Below are positions 9,281-18,826 of a stretch of 64,000 nucleotides of DNA, in pieces. Where the stretch lies: positions 8,538 to 72,537 of the forward strand of contig JBEHWO010000002.1 of assembly GCA_040217695.1 (NCBI GenBank), read 5' to 3'. Below the pieces are notes generated by a model. It was not told the origin of the DNA. It searched no databases and saw nothing but the letters and a program-made list of their open reading frames with translations. Every line of letters starts with the position of its first letter. Positions within the stretch are counted from its first letter, which is position 1. A program made the position numbers and the translations under genes. The stretch is from Vulcanimicrobiota bacterium (GTDB lineage Bacteria > Vulcanimicrobiota > SpSt-956 > JAKJGF01).

Positions 9281-10471
9281 GTGAAGGTGTTCTGTTATTT
9301 GATTAAAAAAAGTTTATTAATATTATTAATATTATTTCTTCTGGCTGCATGTGATGTATCTCCTGCTTTTTCTTACATAGAAAAACACGTAAATAAAAGA
9401 GACAAAATTTTCGAACCTCTTACCGATGAAACTCTTACCAATGAAAACCAGGATAATTCTTCATCTATCTGTTCTGATGATAATACTCAGTTAAGTCCGG
9501 ATAATTACGATTTTAACGAAAAAAAATTAGGAAATATAAATCTGGAAAGATATAATTACAGGACATCCTTATCAGTCACAGATTATGATAACAAAAACAG
9601 TATTACTGCTGATAATTCCAGAGAAGAAAAAGTTCCTGACAGGGAAAAGAAAGAAGAGCCAGATACGGTAGAAAAAGCTCCTGTTTCCGGGGAAGAGAAA
9701 AAAGAGGATCCAAATACAGCAGAGAAAGCTCCTGTTTCCGAAGAAGAAAAAAAGGAAGAGCCAAATACAGGAGAAAACCCTGCAAAGCCAAAAACCAGAT
9801 TTGAATTGAGATTTAAATATCAAAATCTTTCCAATGATAGAGATGCTTTAGCCCTCACCTTTCGCGCCGATAAAGTTATAGATCTTGATAATCGCTGGGC
9901 TCTTGCACTCAGATTTGATTTCCCCCTTTTACTCAATGATGTTTCTCCCGTAAGTGCAGGCCCTGCAGAAAACTACAAATTCGGCTCAAGTGATCTAGTT
10001 GCTCAAATACTTTTTATTCCTCCGAGGAATAGAAATTTTGATATTTTCTTCGGCGTGCAGCACATACTTCCCGTGGGAAGTGATGATCAGTTCGGCAGAG
10101 GGAAATATATTATTGCCCCTGTATTTGGAGTGGTAGATGTGCCTTCATCTTTACCGGGAGGAAGTTTTTCCGGATTTCTTCTGAGAAATGAAATCAGTTA
10201 TGCAGGGAATGAAGATAGACGGGATGTAAATGAACTTGTCATTCAGCCCTTTTTAAATGTAATGCTTCCTGACAGATGGTTTATATATATGTCACCTCAC
10301 ATGAGAATAAACTGGGCACAGAATAACAGTTTCTTCCTTCCCATTGATCTTACCGTAGGAAAAGTTGTGGGTAAAAATAAGTCTATCTCTGTAAAAGCAA
10401 GTGTGGGAGTTATAAAAGATTATAACTTTTATGACTATGAACTGGAATTTACGACAGCCATATATTTTTAA
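9281..10471 (+). CDS. Exported (lipobox LLAAC) protein with an acidic repeat linker and a C-terminal beta-barrel-like domain
   Basis: GTG start. Leader LLILLILFLLAAC. Three copies of EKKEEPxTxEKAPVS. The beta-rich C-terminus ends in an aromatic residue (..FTTAIYF). Confidence 0.7.
   Translation: MKVFCYLIKKSLLILLILFLLAACDVSPAFSYIEKHVNKRDKIFEPLTDETLTNENQDNSSSICSDDNTQLSPDNYDFNEKKLGNINLERYNYRTSLSVTDYDNKNSITADNSREEKVPDREKKEEPDTVEKAPVSGEEKKEDPNTAEKAPVSEEEKKEEPNTGENPAKPKTRFELRFKYQNLSNDRDALALTFRADKVIDLDNRWALALRFDFPLLLNDVSPVSAGPAENYKFGSSDLVAQILFIPPRNRNFDIFFGVQHILPVGSDDQFGRGKYIIAPVFGVVDVPSSLPGGSFSGFLLRNEISYAGNEDRRDVNELVIQPFLNVMLPDRWFIYMSPHMRINWAQNNSFFLPIDLTVGKVVGKNKSISVKASVGVIKDYNFYDYELEFTTAIYF
9643..9779 (+). 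repeat. In-frame 51-bp tandem repeat (about 2.7 copies) inside the 9281-10471 CDS
   Basis: Units at 9643-9693, 9694-9744 and 9745-9779 encode EKKEEPDTVEKAPVSGE / EKKEDPNTAEKAPVSEE / EKKEEPNTGENP. Confidence 0.85.
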
Positions 10472-10477
10472 TAAAAT

Positions 10478-10495
10478 CGTGATGCGTGATGCGTA
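10478..10495. repeat. Heptamer array (CGTGATG x2.5), a variant of the GTGACGC family
   Basis: cgtgatgcgtgatgcgta, 7 nt after the stop of the upstream gene. Confidence 0.8.
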
Positions 10496-10554
10496 TAAAA
10501 AACCTCATCTGTAAAGACATAGATTACGATAGAACGGGAAAGGAGTAAAAGATA

Positions 10555-10971
10555 ATGGCAGAAAAAGAACAAAAATCGGCAAATGATTTAGCAGTTGACC
10601 GTACTGACCTTGCAGTTGAGAGAACTATTATGGCGGCAAACAGGAGCCTGATGGCCTGGGTACGCACAGGCCTGTCCCTTATAAGTTTTGGTTTTACCAT
10701 ATACAAATTCCTTCAGGCTGAAATAAAGATCTCAGGGACTTCCCTGATAACAGCCCATGGCCCCCGTCGTTTCGGCCTTATGCTTATAGCTCTCGGCACA
10801 GCATCTGCCATAGCAGGTGCACTGGAGTATTTCGGCACAGTAAAGAGATTGAACAGGCTTTTTAATATGAAATTCAGCCCTGTAAATGTTTCTTTTATTG
10901 TGGGACTTGTAGTAACCCTTATAGGATTATTCCTCTTTATTACTATTTTGACTCATACAGAAGTGTTTTAA
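10555..10971 (+). CDS. DUF202 (YidH-like) membrane protein
   Basis: An RBS (GGAAAGGAG) is present. LAVDRTDLAVERTIMAANRSLMAWVRTGLSLISFGFTI followed by 2 further TM segments. Confidence 0.75.
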   Translation: MAEKEQKSANDLAVDRTDLAVERTIMAANRSLMAWVRTGLSLISFGFTIYKFLQAEIKISGTSLITAHGPRRFGLMLIALGTASAIAGALEYFGTVKRLNRLFNMKFSPVNVSFIVGLVVTLIGLFLFITILTHTEVF

Positions 10972-10989
10972 TAAAAGAAAGGAATTTTT

Positions 10990-11352
10990 ATGGAACATCA
11001 TAAAACCATTTTTCATCTGATAGAATTAATTGCCATTGGAATTGAGATTTTAGGCGTTGCAGTAATAGGTTTTTCCTTTCCCTTTGGAATAATCAGAAGC
11101 ATTTTCCATCATTTTCAGAAAAAAGGCGATGCCTTCAAGGAACTTAAAATTTATATAGGAAAATCATTGCAACTGGGGCTGGAATTTCTTATAGCGGCAG
11201 ATGTTATAAAGACAGTAACCATAGAGCCTACAATGAACGGGTTATTATCTCTCGGTCTGTTGATTCTCGTAAGAACGATACTGAGCTGGTCTATTATACT
11301 GGAAATAGAAGGCTGCTGGCCATGGAATATATCAAAAAACAGAAAGGAATGA
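10990..11352 (+). CDS. DUF1622-like small membrane protein
   Basis: 120 aa, 3-4 TM segments, motif LQLGLEFLIAADVIKTV. Confidence 0.65.
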   Translation: MEHHKTIFHLIELIAIGIEILGVAVIGFSFPFGIIRSIFHHFQKKGDAFKELKIYIGKSLQLGLEFLIAADVIKTVTIEPTMNGLLSLGLLILVRTILSWSIILEIEGCWPWNISKNRKE

Positions 11353-11356
11353 AACT

Positions 11357-11743
11357 ATGGAAGATATTTTGATGAGATTTGTTACTAATTTTTTCGGCCG
11401 GTTAGATGGCCCACTTCATTTCCGGTTTATCTTTCAGCCTCTTATGGCAGTCATATTTGCGGTTATTGACGGGCGTAAAGATGCACTACATCGTAAAACT
11501 GCCTATTTATTGACTGTAGTTACCGATCCGGCACAGCGCAAAGAACTTTTAAAAGAAGGCTGGAAGAGTTTCGGGAAGATTTTTATTATGGCAGTCATTC
11601 TTGACATTGTCTATCAGCTGACAGTTCATCATACTATTTATCCCGGTGAAACCCTATTAGTAGCCTTCATCCTGGCTATTTTACCCTATATTGCACTGCG
11701 CGGCCTGGTTAACCGCCTCATACGCATGTTCAAAAAACATTGA
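11357..11743 (+). CDS. Small membrane protein of unknown function, paralogue of 28965-29390
   Basis: FGRLDGPLHFRFIFQPLMAV..GWKSFGKIFIMAVILDIVYQ aligns with LGRLDGPMHMRLILQPLMAS..GWKDFGKIFIAAFILDTVYQ in the paralogue. Confidence 0.7.
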   Translation: MEDILMRFVTNFFGRLDGPLHFRFIFQPLMAVIFAVIDGRKDALHRKTAYLLTVVTDPAQRKELLKEGWKSFGKIFIMAVILDIVYQLTVHHTIYPGETLLVAFILAILPYIALRGLVNRLIRMFKKH

Positions 11744-11765
11744 AAGGAATCAGGTTCAAAAAAAA

Positions 11766-13046
11766 ATGACAGATACATCTCATGCATTTCATGTTATGGC
11801 CAAACCGGCAGGTTCTGCCTGCAATCTTCACTGTGACTACTGTTTCTTCCTGAAAAAGGAAAAACTTTATCCTGGAAGCAATTTCCGTATGTCTCATGAG
11901 GTTCATGAAGCTTATATCAGGCAGCTATTCGAAGCCCATAAGGTTCCTCAGGTAACAGTGGCATGGCAGGGAGGGGAACCGACACTGATGGGTCTGGATT
12001 TTTTCAGGCACTCTTTAGAATTACAGAAGCATTATGCAAAACCCGGCACTCAGATTGAGAATACCTTTCAGACCAACGGCATACTCCTTGACTACAACTG
12101 GTGCCGTTTTTTTCATGAGAATAATTTCCTTATCGGTCTGAGTATGGACGGGCCGAAAGAGCTTCATGACTTTTACCGTAAAGATACCGGAGGACATGGA
12201 ACTTTTGAGAAGGTTATGAAATCTGCCGGACTGCTTCAGGAACATAAGGTAGAATTTAACATACTCTGCACAGTCAATTCAAAAAACGGTTCTCACCCTC
12301 TGGAGGTTTACCGGTTCTTCCGGGATGAACTTAAAGCCCAATACATACAGTTTATTCCCATAGTAGAGAGGGATAATGAAAGCGGTTTTCAGGAAGGTAA
12401 CAGAGTGACTGACAGATCTGTCCGGCCTGATCAGTGGGGGCATTTTTTGATTAAAATCTTCGATGAGTGGGTCAAAAGAGATGTGGGCCAGACCTTCGTT
12501 CTGAATTTTGATGGGGTACTGGCCGGCTGGATAGGGAGGGCAGGAACTATATGCATATTCGGTCCTACATGCGGTCAGGGCGTGGCTCTGGAACACAACG
12601 GGGACCTCTATTCCTGCGACCATTTCGTCGAACCTGATTACTATCTGGGAAACATTCTGAAGACACCGATGAGCGAACTGGTAGATTCTGAAAAACAGAG
12701 GAAATTCGGACAGGATAAAAGGGATAATCTGCCTCAGTTCTGCCGAAAATGTGATTTTCTCTCTGCCTGTAACGGCGAGTGTCCGAAGAACCGATTCGTA
12801 GAGACGTCTGATGGAGAACAGGGGCTGAACTACCTCTGCGAAGGTTTTAAAGCTTTTTTTAAACACTCTGACAGGGCAATGAAGATTATGGCCGGGTTGA
12901 TTCAGAAGGGCAGACTGGCAGAAGAAGTAATGACGTTAATAGAAAAAAAAGAGAATGGAGGGGAAAATCCATCAATGAAACAGGGCAGAAATGAATTCTG
13001 TTTCTGCGGGAGTGGAGTGAAGTTCAAGAAGTGTCACGGAAAATAA
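11766..13046 (+). CDS. Anaerobic sulfatase-maturating enzyme (radical SAM/SPASM) with a C-terminal SEC-C motif
   Basis: MTDTSHAFHVMAKPAGSACNLHCDYCF (CxxxCxxC), GGEPTL, and SPASM cysteines CGQG..CDHF..CRKCDFLSACNGECPKNR. Tail CFCGSGVKFKKCHG. The 11691 start would overlap the upstream gene and was rejected. Confidence 0.85.
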   Translation: MTDTSHAFHVMAKPAGSACNLHCDYCFFLKKEKLYPGSNFRMSHEVHEAYIRQLFEAHKVPQVTVAWQGGEPTLMGLDFFRHSLELQKHYAKPGTQIENTFQTNGILLDYNWCRFFHENNFLIGLSMDGPKELHDFYRKDTGGHGTFEKVMKSAGLLQEHKVEFNILCTVNSKNGSHPLEVYRFFRDELKAQYIQFIPIVERDNESGFQEGNRVTDRSVRPDQWGHFLIKIFDEWVKRDVGQTFVLNFDGVLAGWIGRAGTICIFGPTCGQGVALEHNGDLYSCDHFVEPDYYLGNILKTPMSELVDSEKQRKFGQDKRDNLPQFCRKCDFLSACNGECPKNRFVETSDGEQGLNYLCEGFKAFFKHSDRAMKIMAGLIQKGRLAEEVMTLIEKKENGGENPSMKQGRNEFCFCGSGVKFKKCHGK

Positions 13047-13053
13047 AGTTTGA

Positions 13054-13251
13054 CCAATTTTAGAAAAGATCTACCATAACTCGAAAACTTACTGGGAGCA
13101 GGTGATTTTTCACGCCTGCCTGCTCTACGGAATGCAGGCAATGGTGGCACAGCAGTTCGAATCTTACATCAAGTTCCATCCCAGCCAAAAGCCTGCCTCC
13201 TTCAACCTGGATATGGTAATGAGAAAGCTGGAGGAAGCATCGGCTGGCAGG
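13054..13251 (+). pseudogene. Possible 3' gene remnant with no start codon, at the left edge of the GC-rich island
   Basis: 66-codon open frame ..YWEQVIFHACLLYGMQAMVAQQFESYIKFHPSQKPASFNLDMVMRKLEEASAGR-stop. No start codon or RBS is present and I do not recognise the family. Confidence 0.25.
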
Positions 13252-13394
13252 TAAAATAAGTTGTTCTGCAATTACGCAGGTTAAATAAACAGTTCTTCCC
13301 GGCAGACAAACGATCTGCCATGGAACTCTGTTGTATAAAATAAACTATGGGTTTCATCTAATTCTCAATGAAACCCGCAGAAAGGAAGAAAACA

Positions 13395-14870
13395 ATGAAA
13401 AAAGCAAGCACACAAAACCCGACACCTGGCTACAACTACAGGATCCCCGAGCAGATAATGACTCCCGATACTGTGGAGACACGGATCGGCACACTCAAGT
13501 TCTTCGATGGTTTTCCAACTGAGGAGACGACTCAGAAAGTCTATGACCACCTGGATTTCATCAGGGGTGTCGAGGTGTTCCTCAACTTCATTCCGGCGAC
13601 TTCCATCGAAGCGATGCGCCGGGGCAACCTGGAACTGGGCGCCATTACGGCTAACCAGGTTCTCATCATGGACGAATTGTGCGATTCGTCTCCACTGTTT
13701 CTCACGGCTAACACCGATACAGTTTACGTTTCAGGCTTTATAGACCTGGGGAAAGACGGCCCCACGGTCGTGGAGATTCCGCCTGGATGCGGACCTGGCA
13801 CAGTGAACGATGCCTTTTTCCGCTTTGTCATTGATATGGGCGGACCGGGACCAGACAGGGGGAAAGGCGGTAAATATCTAATCTTGCCTTCTGATTACAG
13901 TGGCGAGGAGCCAGAGGGCTATTTCGTGTCCCGCTCACCCTCCTATGTGAACTGGTTGATTCTGCGCGGCTTCCTGGTGGATGGCAAACCAGATACAGCC
14001 AACAAAAACTTCAGGGACGGCCTGAAAGTATATCCCCTCTCCCAGAGGAATAATCCGCCGGCCATGCAGTTCATCAGCGCATCGAAGCTGTCCTACAACA
14101 CGATTCACGCAAACACCTACGAGTTCTATGAGGAGCTGGCTCACTTACTGGCCAGGGAGCCGGTAGACTTCATTGACCCGGAACTGCGCGGCCTCGCAGC
14201 CAGCATCGGCATCCGTAAAGACAGACCCTTTGCCCCTGATGCACGAATGAAGGCCATCCTGACCGAAGCCGTCTCTGTAGGTAATGCCACTGCAAGGGCC
14301 ATCTGCTTTGAAACCCGCGACAGAGAGGCCTATTACTACAAGAACAGCGCATGGAAGATGGCATTCGTCGGCGGAGATTACCGGTGGTTGATTGATGGCG
14401 GAACTGGCGGCAGGAATCTGGATGCCCGCACACTCTTCTTCTATGCAGCCACAGTGAATACTCCCGCCATGGCGATGAAAATGGTCGGTCTGGGCTCCCA
14501 GTATGCCTATGCAGAACATGACAGAGACGGAAACTTCCTGGACGGGGGGAAGAACTACAGACTGAATATCCCGGGTAACGTGCCTGCCAGAGACTTCTGG
14601 TCAGTAGTTGTTTACGATCCGCAGACCCGCTCCGAACTTCAGACATCCCAGCCATTTCCCAGCAAGAACAGCAAGAGGGATCCACTGGCCGTGAATGATG
14701 ACGGATCAGTGGATCTCTATTTCGGCCCTACTGCTCCGGCCGGCAAAGAAAAGAACTGGACTGAGACTGTTCCCGGCAAAGGCTGGTTCCCCATACTGCG
14801 TCTCTACGGCCCGCTGGAACCATGGTTTGACCAGACCTGGAAGCCGGGAGAGTTCGAACAGTTGAAGTGA
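13395..14870 (+). CDS. DUF1254/DUF1214 domain protein
   Basis: GC-rich ORF. The ATG at 13395 follows AAAGGAAG. The 13368 ATG lies inside a leader hairpin (13349-13376). The two-domain architecture is recalled from this family (..FLTANTDTVY.. / ..RTLFFYAATVNTPAMA..FWSVVVYD). Confidence 0.75.
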   Translation: MKKASTQNPTPGYNYRIPEQIMTPDTVETRIGTLKFFDGFPTEETTQKVYDHLDFIRGVEVFLNFIPATSIEAMRRGNLELGAITANQVLIMDELCDSSPLFLTANTDTVYVSGFIDLGKDGPTVVEIPPGCGPGTVNDAFFRFVIDMGGPGPDRGKGGKYLILPSDYSGEEPEGYFVSRSPSYVNWLILRGFLVDGKPDTANKNFRDGLKVYPLSQRNNPPAMQFISASKLSYNTIHANTYEFYEELAHLLAREPVDFIDPELRGLAASIGIRKDRPFAPDARMKAILTEAVSVGNATARAICFETRDREAYYYKNSAWKMAFVGGDYRWLIDGGTGGRNLDARTLFFYAATVNTPAMAMKMVGLGSQYAYAEHDRDGNFLDGGKNYRLNIPGNVPARDFWSVVVYDPQTRSELQTSQPFPSKNSKRDPLAVNDDGSVDLYFGPTAPAGKEKNWTETVPGKGWFPILRLYGPLEPWFDQTWKPGEFEQLK

Positions 14871-15026
14871 ATAAACCAATCAATGAGAGAAAGGACAGAA
14901 CAATAAAAAAAAGAAACAAACAAAACTTCCCCGCCGCCGCGTCCGATGGCACTCAGACCGAACAGATCGGCTGGTTGGGAAGACATAAAGAACAGGAGTA
15001 ATCTAAATAAAGAGAGGAGAAATATT

Positions 15027-17390
15027 ATGTCAATCAAGACCTATAAAGATGGAACCCCTTTTACCGGCGTCATTGGACGCACTACCGAAGAGTCCTCTCC
15101 GGCATGGCCGGAACCTCAGCGCCCCCGGGAGGGTGCACCAAACGTGCTCTTCTTCGTGCTGGACGATGTGGGATACGGACAGTTATCGAGCTTCGGAGGG
15201 CTGGTGGAAACGCCGGTGATGGACAGCCTTGCCGCAAACGGCCTGCGCTACACCAACATGCACACCACTGCCCTGTGTTCGCCGTCGCGCGGCTGCATCA
15301 TTACAGGGCGCAATCACCACTCCCTCGGGCTGGCATCGATCACCGAGCTATCCACCGGATACCCGGGCTACAACGGTATCCTGCCTTTTGACAAGGGCAT
15401 GCTCAGCGAGATACTGCTGCCGCAGGGCTACAATACTTTCTGTATCGGGAAGTGGCATCTGACTCCCCCTGAACACGAAACAGCGGCAGGTCCCTACGAC
15501 AGATGGCCCCTTGGCCGCGGGTTCGAGCGTTACTACGGATTCCTGGGGGGCGACACCAACCAGTGGTATCCGGAACTGGTCTATGACAACCACGGAATCG
15601 AGCAGCCCAGGACGCCGGAGGAGGGTTATCACCTGAGCATCGATCTGGCTGATAAGGCTATCGAGTTCATCCAGGATGCCCACGTCAATGCGCCGGAAAA
15701 GCCTTTCTTCCTGTATTACGCCACTGGCGCAGGCCACGCGCCGCACCATGTGCCCAGGGAATGGGCAGACAGGTACAAAGGCAAATTCGATATGGGCTGG
15801 GACGAGTACCGCAAAATCGTCCACCAGCGCCAGCTCAAGATGGGCATCATACCCCCGGGTACCGAACTGTCGCCCCATGACCCTGACGTGCCGGTCTGGG
15901 ATACCCTTCCGGCCCACGCCAGACAGCTCTATGCCAGGATGATGGAGGTCTATGCGGGCTTTATTACCTTTACAGATCATCATTTTGGACGGATTCTTGA
16001 GTTCCTGAAAGAGATCGGCGAACTGGACAATACTCTGATTATGGTTATATCAGACAATGGCGCCAGCTCCGAGGGCGGAGTCGTGGGCTCTCTCAACGAG
16101 ATGTGCTTTTTCAACAACCTGAAGGAGTCCCTCGAGGACAATCTCAAGCAGATAGATAAGCTGGGCGGTGTGGAAGTTTTCAACCATTACGCCTGGGGCT
16201 GGACCAATGCCGGCAACACGCCGTTCCGCCGCTGGAAGCGCGAGACCTACAGGGGCGGCTGCACAGACCCCTGCATCGTGTCCTGGCCGAAGGGTATCAA
16301 GGCCCGCGGCGAGATACGGGCACATTACGCCCATGCCATTGACCTGGTACCCACGGTTTTAGAAGCCCTGGGTATGGAGGCACCGGAGAGCATCCGCGGA
16401 GTGACCCAGGCGCCCATAGATGGTGTGAGTTTCGCCCACACCTTTGACAATGCTGCTGCACCCGGCAATCACCACACACAGTATTTCGAAATGTTCGGTC
16501 ACAGATCGATCTACCATGACGGCTGGAGGGCGGTCTGTCCGTGGCCTGGCCCGAACTTTACCGAGGCCGCAAAGAAGGGCCGCCAGTTCGGCTCCCCCAT
16601 TACAAACGAGGTGCTGATGGATATCGAGGCTCATGACTGGGAACTGTACCACATTGATAAGGACTACTCCGAATGTCATAACCTGGCTGCCGAGAACCAT
16701 GAAAAGGTAATTGAAATGGTGGGCCGCTGGTGGGCTGAAGCCGGTAAGTACCAGGTGCTGCCCATCGATGGCAGTTCCTTACCACGGATGAACGTGGAAC
16801 GCCCGACTATAGCCAGACCGAGAAACAAGTTTGTCTATTACCCGGGCGGGTCGTCGATTCCATTTTCCGCCGCACCAAAATCCTACAACCGGCCCTGGAG
16901 CATCACGGCCGATGTCGTGATTCCGAAGGGCGGCGCAGAAGGGGTTCTGCTGGCCCATGGCGGACGTACCGGCGGTTACACCATGTTTATCAAGAACCAC
17001 CGTCTCTACTTCCTGTACAACTTCCTGGCCCGTGACAGATTCTGGCTCAAGTCAAACGAGATTGTTCCCGAAGGCGAAGTCGAACTGCGTTACGAGTTCG
17101 AGCCAACTGGCAAGCCAGACGTGGCCAATGGGAAAGGAGTGCCGGCCCGGGGCCAGCTTTACATCAACCGCAGGCTGGTTGCCAGCATCGATATGCCCCA
17201 TTCGGTACTGAACATGTACGGGACTGAGGGTCTTTCCTGCGGCTATGACGGCGGATCTCCCATAGCACCGGAAGAATACACAGATGAGTTCCGATTCACC
17301 GGGACCATCAAGCGTGTCACAGTGGATCTGTCCGGTGAGCTCATCCCGGATAGTGAAGCCGACCTGAAGATCGCCATGGCGCGGCAGTAA
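15027..17390 (+). CDS. Cys-type arylsulfatase (formylglycine-dependent)
   Basis: The RBS AGAGGAG lies 8 nt upstream. VLFFVLDDVGYGQLSSFGG..TALCSPSRGCIITG (the C-x-P-x-R FGly motif)..GKWHL..ISDNGAS. Confidence 0.9.
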   Translation: MSIKTYKDGTPFTGVIGRTTEESSPAWPEPQRPREGAPNVLFFVLDDVGYGQLSSFGGLVETPVMDSLAANGLRYTNMHTTALCSPSRGCIITGRNHHSLGLASITELSTGYPGYNGILPFDKGMLSEILLPQGYNTFCIGKWHLTPPEHETAAGPYDRWPLGRGFERYYGFLGGDTNQWYPELVYDNHGIEQPRTPEEGYHLSIDLADKAIEFIQDAHVNAPEKPFFLYYATGAGHAPHHVPREWADRYKGKFDMGWDEYRKIVHQRQLKMGIIPPGTELSPHDPDVPVWDTLPAHARQLYARMMEVYAGFITFTDHHFGRILEFLKEIGELDNTLIMVISDNGASSEGGVVGSLNEMCFFNNLKESLEDNLKQIDKLGGVEVFNHYAWGWTNAGNTPFRRWKRETYRGGCTDPCIVSWPKGIKARGEIRAHYAHAIDLVPTVLEALGMEAPESIRGVTQAPIDGVSFAHTFDNAAAPGNHHTQYFEMFGHRSIYHDGWRAVCPWPGPNFTEAAKKGRQFGSPITNEVLMDIEAHDWELYHIDKDYSECHNLAAENHEKVIEMVGRWWAEAGKYQVLPIDGSSLPRMNVERPTIARPRNKFVYYPGGSSIPFSAAPKSYNRPWSITADVVIPKGGAEGVLLAHGGRTGGYTMFIKNHRLYFLYNFLARDRFWLKSNEIVPEGEVELRYEFEPTGKPDVANGKGVPARGQLYINRRLVASIDMPHSVLNMYGTEGLSCGYDGGSPIAPEEYTDEFRFTGTIKRVTVDLSGELIPDSEADLKIAMARQ

Positions 17391-17401
17391 AAATATTATT
17401 G

Positions 17402-17430
17402 ACCGGTAGTCCGGTTCTGGACTGCCGGTT
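17402..17430 (+). terminator. Imperfect hairpin after the sulfatase gene
   Basis: accggtagtccgg..ctggactgccggt, 12 nt after the stop. Confidence 0.4.
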
Positions 17431-17483
17431 ACCGGAGATAAACAGACAAATGACAAATATTATCAGTAACAGGTGATTGGATT

Positions 17484-18653
17484 ATGAAAAAAGACGAAAA
17501 AATACAGGAATTCTCACTATCTGGCGGCCCATTGTACAGGCTTGGATGCCGTCTTGGCCTGGTAAGGGGAGGAACTAATACCTTATGGATGGGAATTGCC
17601 ATCAGCCTGTTGTTCTGGGGCATCCTGGTTTTACTGAGTCTCCCGGAGGGAAAGCTGCACAGGATATTTTCTCTTGAAGCAATCGGCGGGAATATACGTC
17701 TCATGGTGGTAATCCCGCTGTTTTTCTTATGCGAAACCATTGTGGTTCCCAGGATGGCAGAGTTTGTTCAAAATATCGTAAGTTCCGGACTGGTGAGAGA
17801 ATCCTCATTGCCGTCACTGGAGGCGGGCATCTGTCGTGTCAGGCGTATGAAAGATTCCTGGCTGGCCGAGGTTATTTTTCTCGTGGCAGCCTTTATATTT
17901 CCCCTGCTGGATAGTATCATTGATATGCCCGGCAGGACGGCCCACTGGGAGGCCATCCTTTCATCGAGCGGAGGCGGACTGGGATTGCACGTTATCTGGT
18001 ATATGATGTTCTGCCTGCCTCTCTTTCGATTTTTGTTATTGCGATGGTTATGGAATCTTGGTCTCTGGTTTTACTTCCTCTGGCTCGTGGAAAAACTGGA
18101 TCTCAATCTTATACCCACTCATCCCGATGGAGCGGCAGGCCTGGGGTATCTGGAGGTTGTACAGGAAAATTTTGCTTCCCTGGCACTGGCGATATCGACT
18201 CTCTGTTCCGGAAATTTTGCCGAAGAAATTTCCGCAGGGACTATGACATTCGAGACAGTGTACCCTTTTATGCCTGTTGTAATGATTGTGTTTGCAGTAA
18301 TATTTATAGGCCCTCTCTTAATATTCTCCCGTAAGCTCCTGATCAGCCGGAGAACAGGGTTGAAAGAATATATGGTCATGGCATCCAGATATGTGAACGG
18401 CTTTGACCTAAAGTGGATAAGAGGTGAAAATACCTCAGGCGAACCACTGATTGGTACGGCAGATATACAGTCCCTGGCAGATCTGAATAACAGCATGAGT
18501 GTTGTCCGGGAGATGCGAGTGGTTCCATTCAGCCAGAGGCTCATAACTATCCTTGCAGTATCCGTAATTCTGCCTCTGATACCGCTCCTTCTCTTCAAAT
18601 ATCCCGTTAACGAACTGGTGTTAAAATTATTCCGGATACTCAGCGGTATGTAG
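17484..18653 (+). CDS. Polytopic membrane protein of unknown function
   Basis: 389-aa ORF of intermediate GC with about 7 hydrophobic segments. I recognise no motif. Confidence 0.6.
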   Translation: MKKDEKIQEFSLSGGPLYRLGCRLGLVRGGTNTLWMGIAISLLFWGILVLLSLPEGKLHRIFSLEAIGGNIRLMVVIPLFFLCETIVVPRMAEFVQNIVSSGLVRESSLPSLEAGICRVRRMKDSWLAEVIFLVAAFIFPLLDSIIDMPGRTAHWEAILSSSGGGLGLHVIWYMMFCLPLFRFLLLRWLWNLGLWFYFLWLVEKLDLNLIPTHPDGAAGLGYLEVVQENFASLALAISTLCSGNFAEEISAGTMTFETVYPFMPVVMIVFAVIFIGPLLIFSRKLLISRRTGLKEYMVMASRYVNGFDLKWIRGENTSGEPLIGTADIQSLADLNNSMSVVREMRVVPFSQRLITILAVSVILPLIPLLLFKYPVNELVLKLFRILSGM

Positions 18654-18682
18654 GATATTTATAATAAAAAAAGCATTTTTTA

Positions 18683-18781
18683 TATACCAAAGTATAGTTT
18701 AAAACAATTTTTTTTCTATTTTTTTACTTATGTACTTATACTAAAGTATAGGTTTTTTTTATTTATAACAGGGTATATAAT
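18683..18781 (+). promoter_or_regulatory. Dual-box promoter module P3
   Basis: Box A tataccaaagtata 18683-18696. Box B tatactaaagtata 18737-18750 (54 nt). tataat 18776-18781 (39 nt). Confidence 0.6.
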
Positions 18782-18826
18782 ATTAATACATAATATTTTA
18801 ATTTTATTTTCGAAAGGGGTATATTC

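Noticed and set aside
13507-17456. About 20 overlapping ORFs of 60-210 aa in all frames across the GC-rich island (for example 14145-14519, 14170-14685, 15348-15983 and 17052-17456).
   Set aside because: They are shadow ORFs expected in GC-rich DNA. They overlap the two long ORFs that carry clear family motifs, and they have no RBS or recognisable motifs.
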